IMG/VR virus record: IMGVR_UViG_3300030419_004548
Coordinates: 1 to 59,342 of that record
Length of the DNA: 59,342 bases
DNA from: a virus
Taxonomy: Duplodnaviria; Caudoviricetes
Direction: 5' to 3' (one strand)
How positions within the stretch are numbered: position 1 is the stretch's first letter; the number at the start of each line of letters is the position of its first letter. This document shows, in pieces, positions 38,357 through 46,886 of the stretch. The notes beneath the pieces are model-generated. The model was not told the origin of the DNA. It worked only from the letters and a program-made list of their open reading frames with translations, and ran no database searches. A program made the translations under genes and the position numbers.

Positions 38357-39353
38357 TACGTGTAAGTGTATCCAAGGTTGACCAACTTTCTCTCAACCAC
38401 ACTTCTAAATTTTGAATCTCATTTGAGAATCCGTCTTCTAAATACATTTGACGAAATTTGAAACTATTTAAAGAGTTTGGCTTGTTATCAACAAAATCAA
38501 GAACTTTTTGTTTCGCATTACCACTTATAATTATCTCCTTCAAATCCATTAATTCAAAATTTCTTTTTAAAATATCTAAATTATCTGATAACCTATTATC
38601 TCTACTAACTAATTCTTTTAGACTTATAGGCTCTGTAGAAATTTCAGGATATAATTTAATCAAAGTCTTTAGACCTATTCCTTTAACACCTGGAATATTA
38701 TCAGACTTATCACCATCTACCATTCTGTACATCAAAAAGTTTTCAGGATGTATATCATACTCTTCCATCAAAGTTTCAGTATTATATAACTTTTTCTTAG
38801 ATGGACTATATACATTTATCCTATCATCTACTAATTGTAGAAAGTCTTTGTCTGTAGACATTATGGTGCAACGGGTAAACTTTCCCTTATTTGCTACGTA
38901 TGAAATTACATCATCTGCCTCCACATTGTCAAGCGAAAAAGTTTGAACAGGTAAACATTCTAAGTACTCCATCAATCGTGACATCTGTTGTACCATAGAA
39001 GTGTGTTCATCACCTTCTTTACTAAACTCTACTCTTCTATTTAATTTAGATTTAAAGGCACGACCTGCTTTATAATCAGGAAATAATTTCTTACGTTTTT
39101 GTGAGCCACCTTTACCATCAAAGACGATTAGGATTCTTGTAGGCCTAATAAGTTTTATTATATAACTTAGTGACCTCAAGAATCCTATCAATCCTCCTAT
39201 GTGATAACCATTGTCACTCATCATAGGTATAGCACTAAAACATCTGATAAAGTTATTTAGACCATCTATTACTAACACATGGTCATTTAACTTCAATGGC
39301 TTTGATGGATTATTTTTTATCTCATCAAGCAAACTCAGATATCGTTTTTTCAT
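38349..39353 (-). CDS. 5'-3' exonuclease / RNase H (T4 rnh, PolI N-terminal family)
   Basis: IDGLN, VFDG, YKAGR, EADD, STDKDFLQL, GDKSDNIPGVKGIG. Confidence 0.95.
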   Translation of the reverse strand: MKKRYLSLLDEIKNNPSKPLKLNDHVLVIDGLNNFIRCFSAIPMMSDNGYHIGGLIGFLRSLSYIIKLIRPTRILIVFDGKGGSQKRKKLFPDYKAGRAFKSKLNRRVEFSKEGDEHTSMVQQMSRLMEYLECLPVQTFSLDNVEADDVISYVANKGKFTRCTIMSTDKDFLQLVDDRINVYSPSKKKLYNTETLMEEYDIHPENFLMYRMVDGDKSDNIPGVKGIGLKTLIKLYPEISTEPISLKELVSRDNRLSDNLDILKRNFELMDLKEIIISGNAKQKVLDFVDNKPNSLNSFKFRQMYLEDGFSNEIQNLEVWLRESWSTLDTLTRNG

Positions 39354-40251
39354 CGTATTCCTTTACTTTTTGTGCTATGTATTCTTCAAGTGTATGTGTA
39401 GGTTTCCAACCTAAGAGTTCGTATGCTTTCGTGTCTGTACATAGAGTCTCTCGCATTTCTCCAGGTCTCGGTCCTATATTTACACTATCAGATTTATATA
39501 GTTTAACAACCTCATTTATACTATAGTTCTTACCTGTACCTAATTCAAAGTACTCTGCTCTTAAATCAGCAATCTTATCTTGACAATCAATCAATGCACT
39601 ACATATATCTAATACGTGAGTAAAGTCTCTTCGTTGTTCACCATCATTAGTAATTGTCAATGGTTCACCTCGTTCTTTCAACTCATCAAATATAGAAAGA
39701 ACCGTTGCATATGCACTTTCTGCTGGTATCATATAATCACCATACACGTTATAGAATCGTGTTATTATTGTAGGTAAGTCATAAACCTTAGAATATAACT
39801 CACATAACAATTCACCACTATACTTGTAAAAAGTATAAGGATTGGCATAATGGTCGCCGTGAATAGAACTTGAACCTGCGTATACTACAGGAATATTTCC
39901 ATTAACTCTTGCCCACTCTAAAATATTTTGTGTTCCAACTACATTAGCTGCGAACGTATTTTGAGGGTCTGTGAAAGATGGTTGTATCCTTGCTAAAGCA
40001 GCGAGATGATATATCATATCAGGTTTCCAATCACCCTCACCTACTACTACTTCGTGAAGATGTTTATCAAAGAAATAATCTGTAAGGTCAAACTCGTGAT
40101 ATGTTACTCTGTCATTATCAATAATATTCAAAGGAGAACCTGTTGAGTAATTATCTAAAACTTGAATGTAAGTGCTAGGTTGTTCTTTTAAGATTTTACT
40201 AATTAAATTAGTACCTACAAAGCCCGCACCGCCTGTAATCAATATCTTCAT
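39325..40251 (-). CDS. NAD-dependent epimerase/dehydratase
   Basis: ITGGAGFVG, HLAA, GSSS, YTFYK, RFYNVYG, RDFTHV. Confidence 0.9.
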   Translation of the reverse strand: MKILITGGAGFVGTNLISKILKEQPSTYIQVLDNYSTGSPLNIIDNDRVTYHEFDLTDYFFDKHLHEVVVGEGDWKPDMIYHLAALARIQPSFTDPQNTFAANVVGTQNILEWARVNGNIPVVYAGSSSIHGDHYANPYTFYKYSGELLCELYSKVYDLPTIITRFYNVYGDYMIPAESAYATVLSIFDELKERGEPLTITNDGEQRRDFTHVLDICSALIDCQDKIADLRAEYFELGTGKNYSINEVVKLYKSDSVNIGPRPGEMRETLCTDTKAYELLGWKPTHTLEEYIAQKVKEYDEKTISEFA

Positions 40252-41363
40252 TATAATTCGTCTATATCGTCTACAGGTTTATCAGTTTCTACAACATCAT
40301 CTAATCCAAGAGCAGAAGTATCATACTTTAAAATCAAAACATTACAAATTTCATTATATAACTTTTCTTCAAGTCCATCGTGTTCTCCTAATATAGATTC
40401 GAAGTCTTTTGATTGAAATTTAATGTCTTGTCCGTTATGTTCTAAAGTATACCAAGCTCCTGTTTGTTTAACAAGTTTGTATTCTTTCATCACTTGTAAC
40501 CAAGATGCTTTATCATCGATACCTCTATCAAAGTACAAAGGAAAGTCTGCTCTTCTTAAAGGCGGACCTAATCGATTCTTTATAACTTGTGAAGTTATAG
40601 TCATACCAATAGTATTCTTTTGTGCATCTTTAATTTGACCTTTGTTCTTCAAACGAAGTCTTGTTGAAGCGTGAAAAGGAAGTGCCTTACCGCCTGATGT
40701 TGTGTAAGGGTCTCCGAACATAACACCAAGTTTTTGTCTTAACTGATTAGTAAATACAAGTGCTACACGTTGTCTACCAATCATTTGAGTAATCTTACGA
40801 AGTGCTTTAGATATGATGATTGCTTTATGTGTCGCATATCCATCTTTATCAAAGTCTGCTTCAATCTCAAATTTCGTAGATGCCGCAGCAACTGAATCAA
40901 CTAATATAGTTACTAATCTATTCCTATCACTTTCACGAACTTTAGTGACAATCTCTTCAATAGCTTCAAAAATATCTTCTACCGTTTCTAAATGTAGATA
41001 TAACATTTTCTTACTATCGACACCAATCACTTGTAAAAACTCTTCACTAACTGCTGTTTCAGTATCTATGTAAACTGCAACACCATCTTTCTTTTGAGTT
41101 TCTGCAAGTATGTGAGCACCAAGTAAAGATTTACCACTCGATTCTAATCCATTGATTTCAGTTATACGACCAACAGCAATACCACCATTAGGTCTGTTTG
41201 AAATAGCTAAATCTAATATACTCGAACCGGTAGATAAAAACTCTCTTATATCTGTAGGTGTCGTATCTGAACCATCAAGAAAGTATGCTACTTTGTAATT
41301 TTTAAATTTTTTATTTAAACCATCAGCTAAGATATTAGCTAGGTCGTCTTTAGTTTTACCCAT
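40251..41363 (-). CDS. recA: RecA/UvsX-like recombinase
   Basis: STGS..LD, GRITEI.GLESSGKS, IDTE, VDSVAA, NQLR, SGGKAL.FHAS, KNR. Confidence 0.93.
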   Translation of the reverse strand: MGKTKDDLANILADGLNKKFKNYKVAYFLDGSDTTPTDIREFLSTGSSILDLAISNRPNGGIAVGRITEINGLESSGKSLLGAHILAETQKKDGVAVYIDTETAVSEEFLQVIGVDSKKMLYLHLETVEDIFEAIEEIVTKVRESDRNRLVTILVDSVAAASTKFEIEADFDKDGYATHKAIIISKALRKITQMIGRQRVALVFTNQLRQKLGVMFGDPYTTSGGKALPFHASTRLRLKNKGQIKDAQKNTIGMTITSQVIKNRLGPPLRRADFPLYFDRGIDDKASWLQVMKEYKLVKQTGAWYTLEHNGQDIKFQSKDFESILGEHDGLEEKLYNEICNVLILKYDTSALGLDDVVETDKPVDDIDEL

Positions 41364-41380
41364 ACATATCCCTTACAATA

Positions 41381-41409
41381 GAGGTGGTCCCGTTATTTGA
41401 GACCACCTC
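41381..41409. terminator. GC-rich hairpin between the SSB and recA genes
   Basis: GAGGTGGTC...GACCACCTC 9-bp stem; the T-run follows on the + strand. Confidence 0.65.
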
Positions 41410-41422
41410 GTTTTTTTATTGA

Positions 41423-42178
41423 TTACTTATTGAAGAGTTGGTCGAATGCTTCAGAAGTATCTTTTACGGTTTTCTGTGAAAGAACTTCAGAAGTTACAGA
41501 CTCATCTTTTTTATCAGAACTCTCATCCTCAGAAGGAGTCAACCAATTGTTGAGAACTTCTGTTAAATCATCATAAGAACGTTCCTGATACATCTCTTGC
41601 ATATTAGGTTGTTCATTTAACAATTTATCAAGAAGTTTGTCATCTTCTGTGATTGGAGTTTGATTAGGCTTAACCCTAATGTTAGTAACAGGAAAATTCT
41701 TTCCTGCTTCTTCAGCAGAAATAAATTCTACCGTTACGTCACGACCATTCATTGAATCTGTGATATCACCATAGTCAGGGTCTGCTATTACAGATAGAAG
41801 CTCTTGATAAACCATTTTACCAAAGCCCCAAAAACGAACACCTTCAGACTCTTCACCTCTAACGATTACAGGAGCGAATGTTCTCATCTTTGCCATAAGT
41901 TTTTTCGCTATCTGATAATCATCTTTGTTACCACTTGAACGAAGTTTTTGTGCAAACTCTTCAATCGGGTCAGGGCGACCATAAGTGATTGGAGACAAGT
42001 AAGTCTTACCACCTAAATCATAATGAAAGAACATTTCCAAAAAAGGATTTTCTTTATTATGTTGATAAGGCACTATACGTACTACTTGTTTTCCGGGTTG
42101 TGGTTTCCAAAGATTTGATGTCTTGGTGTTAGAAGTTTGAAGTTGTTCTAACCTTTTACGAATTGCTGTAATATCCAT
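41423..42178 (-). CDS. Single-stranded DNA-binding protein (gp32-like)
   Basis: WKP..G..VRIVP, DPI, VRFWGFGK, DITD..GRD, acidic C-terminal tail ending FDQLF; adjacent to recA. Confidence 0.8.
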   Translation of the reverse strand: MDITAIRKRLEQLQTSNTKTSNLWKPQPGKQVVRIVPYQHNKENPFLEMFFHYDLGGKTYLSPITYGRPDPIEEFAQKLRSSGNKDDYQIAKKLMAKMRTFAPVIVRGEESEGVRFWGFGKMVYQELLSVIADPDYGDITDSMNGRDVTVEFISAEEAGKNFPVTNIRVKPNQTPITEDDKLLDKLLNEQPNMQEMYQERSYDDLTEVLNNWLTPSEDESSDKKDESVTSEVLSQKTVKDTSEAFDQLFNK

Positions 42179-42237
42179 TTGCTATTCTCCTATTAGTTAA
42201 TTATTAATTTGTTAATTGTTACTTTTGTAACCATTCA

Positions 42238-42247
42238 TATATAAATA
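42238..42247 (-). promoter_or_regulatory. Putative promoter motif TATTTATATA
   Basis: Intergenic, 59 nt upstream of the SSB start. Confidence 0.55.
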
Positions 42248-42272
42248 TGAACTTAAATCTGAAAACGTTAAT

Positions 42273-42671
42273 TTATTTTTCTAAATCGATGATTTCTTTT
42301 AGTCTTGTGTGTATAATGTTTAAACCATCTTTGTTTGTTAATAAAATAGAATTACGATAGTTATCCCATTGTAATCTGTATGATTTATCTAAGATTCCGT
42401 TGTTAGCATCTTTAATAATATGATTAACTGCATTGATTGTATACAATGTATTTGTCTCTTTTTTTCTATGTAAAAGAATTGTATTAGGAAGAAATCCGGA
42501 TACTTCAGATTTCAACACATTGTATGTCACCATTAATTCATTAGGGTTATCTATTTTCTGTAGAACATATAATTTCTTCATAGAAAGAGGTGCAGAATCT
42601 TTAATAAGTAGAACCATTTCGGTAAGTTCTTTCTTGTTAGAGAAAGTGCAAAGTAGTTGTGAATCTATCAT
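42273..42671 (-). CDS. Conserved hypothetical phage protein
   Basis: QLLCTF, TYNV, HRKKETNTLYTINA; coupled ORF. Confidence 0.7.
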   Translation of the reverse strand: MIDSQLLCTFSNKKELTEMVLLIKDSAPLSMKKLYVLQKIDNPNELMVTYNVLKSEVSGFLPNTILLHRKKETNTLYTINAVNHIIKDANNGILDKSYRLQWDNYRNSILLTNKDGLNIIHTRLKEIIDLEK

Positions 42672-44764
42672 TACTTAGGTTCTTTATACTTTAATGCTGT
42701 ATTTGCTTTTTGATATTTTGCTCTTGATACGTGAGTAGTTCCATCATCACATTTGTCTTTTGATTCATTATCAGGCACTCCTTGATAACCTTTATCGTGT
42801 ATTTGCATATTAGATGTTTTATGCTCGCCTTCTTTTTCTTCTACTACAAGGTCTCCGTTAACATTTCTAACTTCAGCATATGTAACACCTAATTCTAAAT
42901 CAAGTTCATTCAAAGTCTTTTTTGTTTTTTCTTGTGCATACATTCTAAATACTTTTTCCATCAACGCTTTAGCATATACTTTTGGTTCTGCGGGTTCTAA
43001 ACCAACCGAATCCATATACTTTTCCATACTCTTCTTTATTTTTTCTACTGCCTTAGGACCATCTGTTACTTTAGATAGTATTTTTTCTGCTTCTGCATAT
43101 AATTCATCCCAAGTTGCACCATCATCACATACTTTATCTAATTTATCTATTTCAGCTAAATCAGCTTGTGTTTCTTCATCAAGATTTTCTCTCTTAACTC
43201 TTGATATTTCACCACGATGTAAATTTTCTATATTGTCAAATTTGTCTTTATGTTCAGGATACACATTTGCAAAATGTTTACAAAATTCAGAAGCTGAAGA
43301 ACCTGGTATATTAGTTCCTTTAGTAGCTGATTTTACACTTACAGAATTTATAGATATTACTTTTCCTGAACCATCACGTTCTAATACTAACACATCAGCT
43401 ATTGGAAAGTTTCCTGATGCTGGCATATATGCTTCTTTCTTTTGACATCTATATTTTAACAAGACCGTTACTTCTGCAAAATCTTTTAAAACAGATGCTT
43501 GTTCTTTAGGGTCAAGTTTACCTGCTTCATCATACATTTCTTTTTGTATTTTACCTAATTCACTCTCAAGTTTAGCTAATTTTTCATCCTCACTTAAACT
43601 ATCATCTTCAAGTATATCCATAACTCGTTTATGTGCTTTTTCAATATACTTCTGTGAAGACTCATCAGCTCGACTTCTTGATGTTTCAAGTATTTCATCC
43701 ATAACAGATTTAACAGAATCTACAAAATCTTTAGAATTTGGTGGTGGGTTATTTGGGTCTCCTATTGGACCGCCTAACATCTCGTCTTCGTCTTTCATCC
43801 CACTTTCGGTTAAAATATTTTTTACTCCAGGTGGTAAGTCTGAAACTTTACTTCTCGATTTTATTATTTGATTAGGTTTAAAGTTTGAGTTTTTATGTCC
43901 TGTCATAGCTGATGCGGGTGGGTTATCCATCTTACCTAATGGTGATTTAAATTTAGGTGGAGTCAAACCCTGCTCTTCCATCTTTTCTTTTAGTTTTGGC
44001 CATCTCTCATAAAAACTATTTTTGTCATTAACTCGTCCTTGATAAGCGCCTGAATCCTTATATTTTTTTATACCGGGAACAATAGATACTCCTGCAGAAG
44101 TATCAGTACGTTCTCCAAAAAATATTTGACCTGAATCAGTATTAGAACTTATTGTTAGAAATTGAAGATTATTTTTGTCTGCTTCAGTAAATTCAACATC
44201 TTGACCATTAGCTAATAATTGTAGTTTTCCAAATAATCTTCTCGCTACAGCTTCTCTTTGTTTCTTTTCACCAAAATCAGGAGGGTCTAATTTAACATTA
44301 CCCTCTTCATTATTAGCCGCATCTTCATATGCTTCCATGCCTTCTTCAGAAATTTCTAACTTATAAGGTTCTTTATCTTTTGGTTCATCTTTTGGTTCAT
44401 CTTTTGGTTCATCTGTTGGCTGTTCTCCATCTCTACTAAAGTCAGTAACTTTATCACTTTTCTTCTTCTCAACATCATCACCATCAATAGCTACATAGTT
44501 ATCACCATCTTTTTTATATTTTTTTGCGTTGTCATTATCTTTATCAGAAGTTTTGACATATATTCCACGACCTTTGTGAGTATACTCTTTTTCTTCTTTT
44601 TCTCCAATAAATCTTTCAGATAATTCTATAACATCAGAGTGTGGAAATCCTATAGATAGTAAATAATCGTATAACGCTTCTCTATCTTCTTTTATACTGA
44701 AATCAGGATATCCTTTATCATATAACCAAGATATGTTGGTAAGCAGTTTATCAAATGAGTTCAT
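42671..44764 (-). CDS. Large hypothetical protein with possible PD-(D/E)xK nuclease-like C-terminal domain
   Basis: DFAE...YMPASGNFPIADVLV...SVSVKS; low-complexity DEPK linker. Confidence 0.55.
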   Translation of the reverse strand: MNSFDKLLTNISWLYDKGYPDFSIKEDREALYDYLLSIGFPHSDVIELSERFIGEKEEKEYTHKGRGIYVKTSDKDNDNAKKYKKDGDNYVAIDGDDVEKKKSDKVTDFSRDGEQPTDEPKDEPKDEPKDKEPYKLEISEEGMEAYEDAANNEEGNVKLDPPDFGEKKQREAVARRLFGKLQLLANGQDVEFTEADKNNLQFLTISSNTDSGQIFFGERTDTSAGVSIVPGIKKYKDSGAYQGRVNDKNSFYERWPKLKEKMEEQGLTPPKFKSPLGKMDNPPASAMTGHKNSNFKPNQIIKSRSKVSDLPPGVKNILTESGMKDEDEMLGGPIGDPNNPPPNSKDFVDSVKSVMDEILETSRSRADESSQKYIEKAHKRVMDILEDDSLSEDEKLAKLESELGKIQKEMYDEAGKLDPKEQASVLKDFAEVTVLLKYRCQKKEAYMPASGNFPIADVLVLERDGSGKVISINSVSVKSATKGTNIPGSSASEFCKHFANVYPEHKDKFDNIENLHRGEISRVKRENLDEETQADLAEIDKLDKVCDDGATWDELYAEAEKILSKVTDGPKAVEKIKKSMEKYMDSVGLEPAEPKVYAKALMEKVFRMYAQEKTKKTLNELDLELGVTYAEVRNVNGDLVVEEKEGEHKTSNMQIHDKGYQGVPDNESKDKCDDGTTHVSRAKYQKANTALKYKEPK
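44375..44413. repeat. 12-bp tandem repeat x3 encoding DEPK
   Basis: ATCTTTTGGTTC repeated three times. Confidence 0.85.
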
Positions 44765-46022
44765 CGTAGTTCTTACCTCTTTTCATCTTGACAGGGAATC
44801 CATCTCTCTGTAACTCTTTTTGGACAATTTCAACAAATTTATCTCCATCGTTTTTATTGTAATCAAACAAAAAACTATCATAATGATATAATACTAATTT
44901 ACTTTCAAAGTCTTTTGTTGCGTTCAACAAACTTTTTAATATCAATATATTTCGTTCTGTTTCTAAACTTTGTATCATATAATTAAAAAGTTTTGAAGGA
45001 TAAAAGTCTTTTACATCTAACGTTATTCTTCTTTTATAAATATCAGTTACTAAAACTTTATCTCTGTTAAAACGTGACCATAAATTAGTATAATAATCTT
45101 TAACTTTACCAAAAAATTCGTGTGTTTTAGCTATATCATCAGGAACACCACCATATAAATACTTAAAAGTCATAGACTTTGAATCTTCATAAGATACATT
45201 ATATAGTTTACTGAAATGTTCGTGTACACTTTCATCACCAAAATCATATCCAATAATCTTACCAATTAATCTTACGTGATATGCATCAAAGTCAAATTCA
45301 ATTAATTCATCGTATCTACTCCTTATCATTTTACGTGAACCATCACTTTTATTTAAAGCCGCAAAGTTAATTCCATCATAAGCATTACTCGGTCTACCTG
45401 TAGGAGTCAATACATTATAATTAGTAAACATCAAATGTTCTTTTGATATATTATCTGATTGTCCAATTGGAACATATAAAGGAGTTACACGTAAACCTGC
45501 TCTTTCAACCTCTGCAAATACTTCATTCGCATCACGATAAAAATCATTATATTCATTTCCTATATTTTCTTTATAGTTCGTGAATAAATCTTGGCAATAC
45601 TCTAAATGTTTCATTAATGGAATAACATAGTTATTCATTCCTTTAGAATGAAAATATCTATGTGGTGTAGTTAAGAATATTTGATTATCAACTAAATTTC
45701 CTTGTTTCTGAAACTCTGCTTGTTGTAAATCAATTACATTACTAAAGTTAGCAAAGTGACAAACTGCTTTAATATCTGCTACATATTTAGGAATGTCATT
45801 ATCTAAATGTAATAAACAATCTAAAGTAAGTTCAGGAGCTTCATCGTGATTAAATGATAACACATACTCACTATCTTTAGATGTCCGTACGTATAGCATC
45901 AACGGATAATCGTTTAATGGATGTTTATTTTTACTTCCTATGAAATGTAAGAACACCCAATCAGAAGAACGATATTCTTCCACAAAGTCTTCAAATTGGT
46001 TGTACTTCTCTATTATAACCAC
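44751..46022 (-). CDS. Compact family A DNA polymerase-like protein
   Basis: TPTGRPSN, NFAALNK, motif A FDFDAYHVRLI, motif B SKSMTFKYLYG, NYMIQ, motif C YHYDSFLFD. Confidence 0.8.
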   Translation of the reverse strand: MVIIEKYNQFEDFVEEYRSSDWVFLHFIGSKNKHPLNDYPLMLYVRTSKDSEYVLSFNHDEAPELTLDCLLHLDNDIPKYVADIKAVCHFANFSNVIDLQQAEFQKQGNLVDNQIFLTTPHRYFHSKGMNNYVIPLMKHLEYCQDLFTNYKENIGNEYNDFYRDANEVFAEVERAGLRVTPLYVPIGQSDNISKEHLMFTNYNVLTPTGRPSNAYDGINFAALNKSDGSRKMIRSRYDELIEFDFDAYHVRLIGKIIGYDFGDESVHEHFSKLYNVSYEDSKSMTFKYLYGGVPDDIAKTHEFFGKVKDYYTNLWSRFNRDKVLVTDIYKRRITLDVKDFYPSKLFNYMIQSLETERNILILKSLLNATKDFESKLVLYHYDSFLFDYNKNDGDKFVEIVQKELQRDGFPVKMKRGKNYDELI

Positions 46023-46027
46023 GTGTT

Positions 46028-46056
46028 AATATATAACCTTTTATTGATAATGTCAA
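46028..46056 (-). promoter_or_regulatory. Sigma70-like promoter, probably giving a leaderless transcript
   Basis: TTGACA-17 bp-TATATT, then only 5 nt to the GTG start at 46022. Confidence 0.7.
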
Positions 46057-46064
46057 GTGTTTTT

Positions 46065-46886
46065 TTAGTAGCCTCCGCCACCTCCGCCTGAGCCACCGCC
46101 TCCTGCACCATACTTAGCTAATCCTTTTTTGTTAATTTTCATCTTACCAATACCGCCTCCTTTTTTAGGACCTTTCATTTTAAACTTACCAGGTCCTTCA
46201 TCCAAACTCATCTTTACAGGCGGTGTCATAGCTTCAGGATTAAATACAATATTTCCTTGTTCATCTTGTGGTATTTCTGCTATACCCAATCTTCTTTTAA
46301 TATCTAATTGAGTACTAATTTCAGGTATTCTTGCATACTCATACGGATTAGATAAAAGTCTCGCAACTTTAGGATTACGACTTTGTAATCCTAATATAAT
46401 TAAACTATTTTGTCTATATATTTTTTTGAAAGAGCCACGTATATACCATTTTGTAGTTATCACACGATATAAAGGACTTGAAAACTTAGCGTTTACTTCT
46501 ACAACAGGTTCTGATTCATCATTTAATTTTTGTGCAAAATATCGAGTAAATTGTCCGTTAACGTAATCCGCAGTTTTTGGTACTCCACGAATCATTTTTG
46601 GTTTAAGTAAATCATATTTTTTACCTCTATTTTCTGCGTATCTTTCATAATCTCCTTTATTATTAGATATAGGTCTTATTATTCTTGAAGTAATTTGATG
46701 TTTCGCACCTGTCATATAAACTTCTTTAAAATCTGTAGTATAGTGTATATGATAAGCTGTTCCTTTCTTTACAGGTGTGCTATTTGACTTATATAGAAAA
46801 GACGAATTATCAGGCACTATTCCTGCGTCAGTAACTATTCTTACCGTCTTACTATGTACATCTCTTATTTCATCATAATCTATCAT
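46065..46886 (-). CDS. Hypothetical (probable baseplate-region) protein with Gly/Lys-rich tail
   Basis: PKTADYVNGQFTRYF motif; ends GAGGGGSGGGGGGY; last gene of the tail operon. Confidence 0.6.
   Translation of the reverse strand: MIDYDEIRDVHSKTVRIVTDAGIVPDNSSFLYKSNSTPVKKGTAYHIHYTTDFKEVYMTGAKHQITSRIIRPISNNKGDYERYAENRGKKYDLLKPKMIRGVPKTADYVNGQFTRYFAQKLNDESEPVVEVNAKFSSPLYRVITTKWYIRGSFKKIYRQNSLIILGLQSRNPKVARLLSNPYEYARIPEISTQLDIKRRLGIAEIPQDEQGNIVFNPEAMTPPVKMSLDEGPGKFKMKGPKKGGGIGKMKINKKGLAKYGAGGGGSGGGGGGY

Noticed and set aside
28803-41363. Inteins or introns in polB, nrdJ, helicase or recA
   Set aside because: Lengths are normal, motifs are contiguous, and no LAGLIDADG or HN-C/S/T junctions were seen
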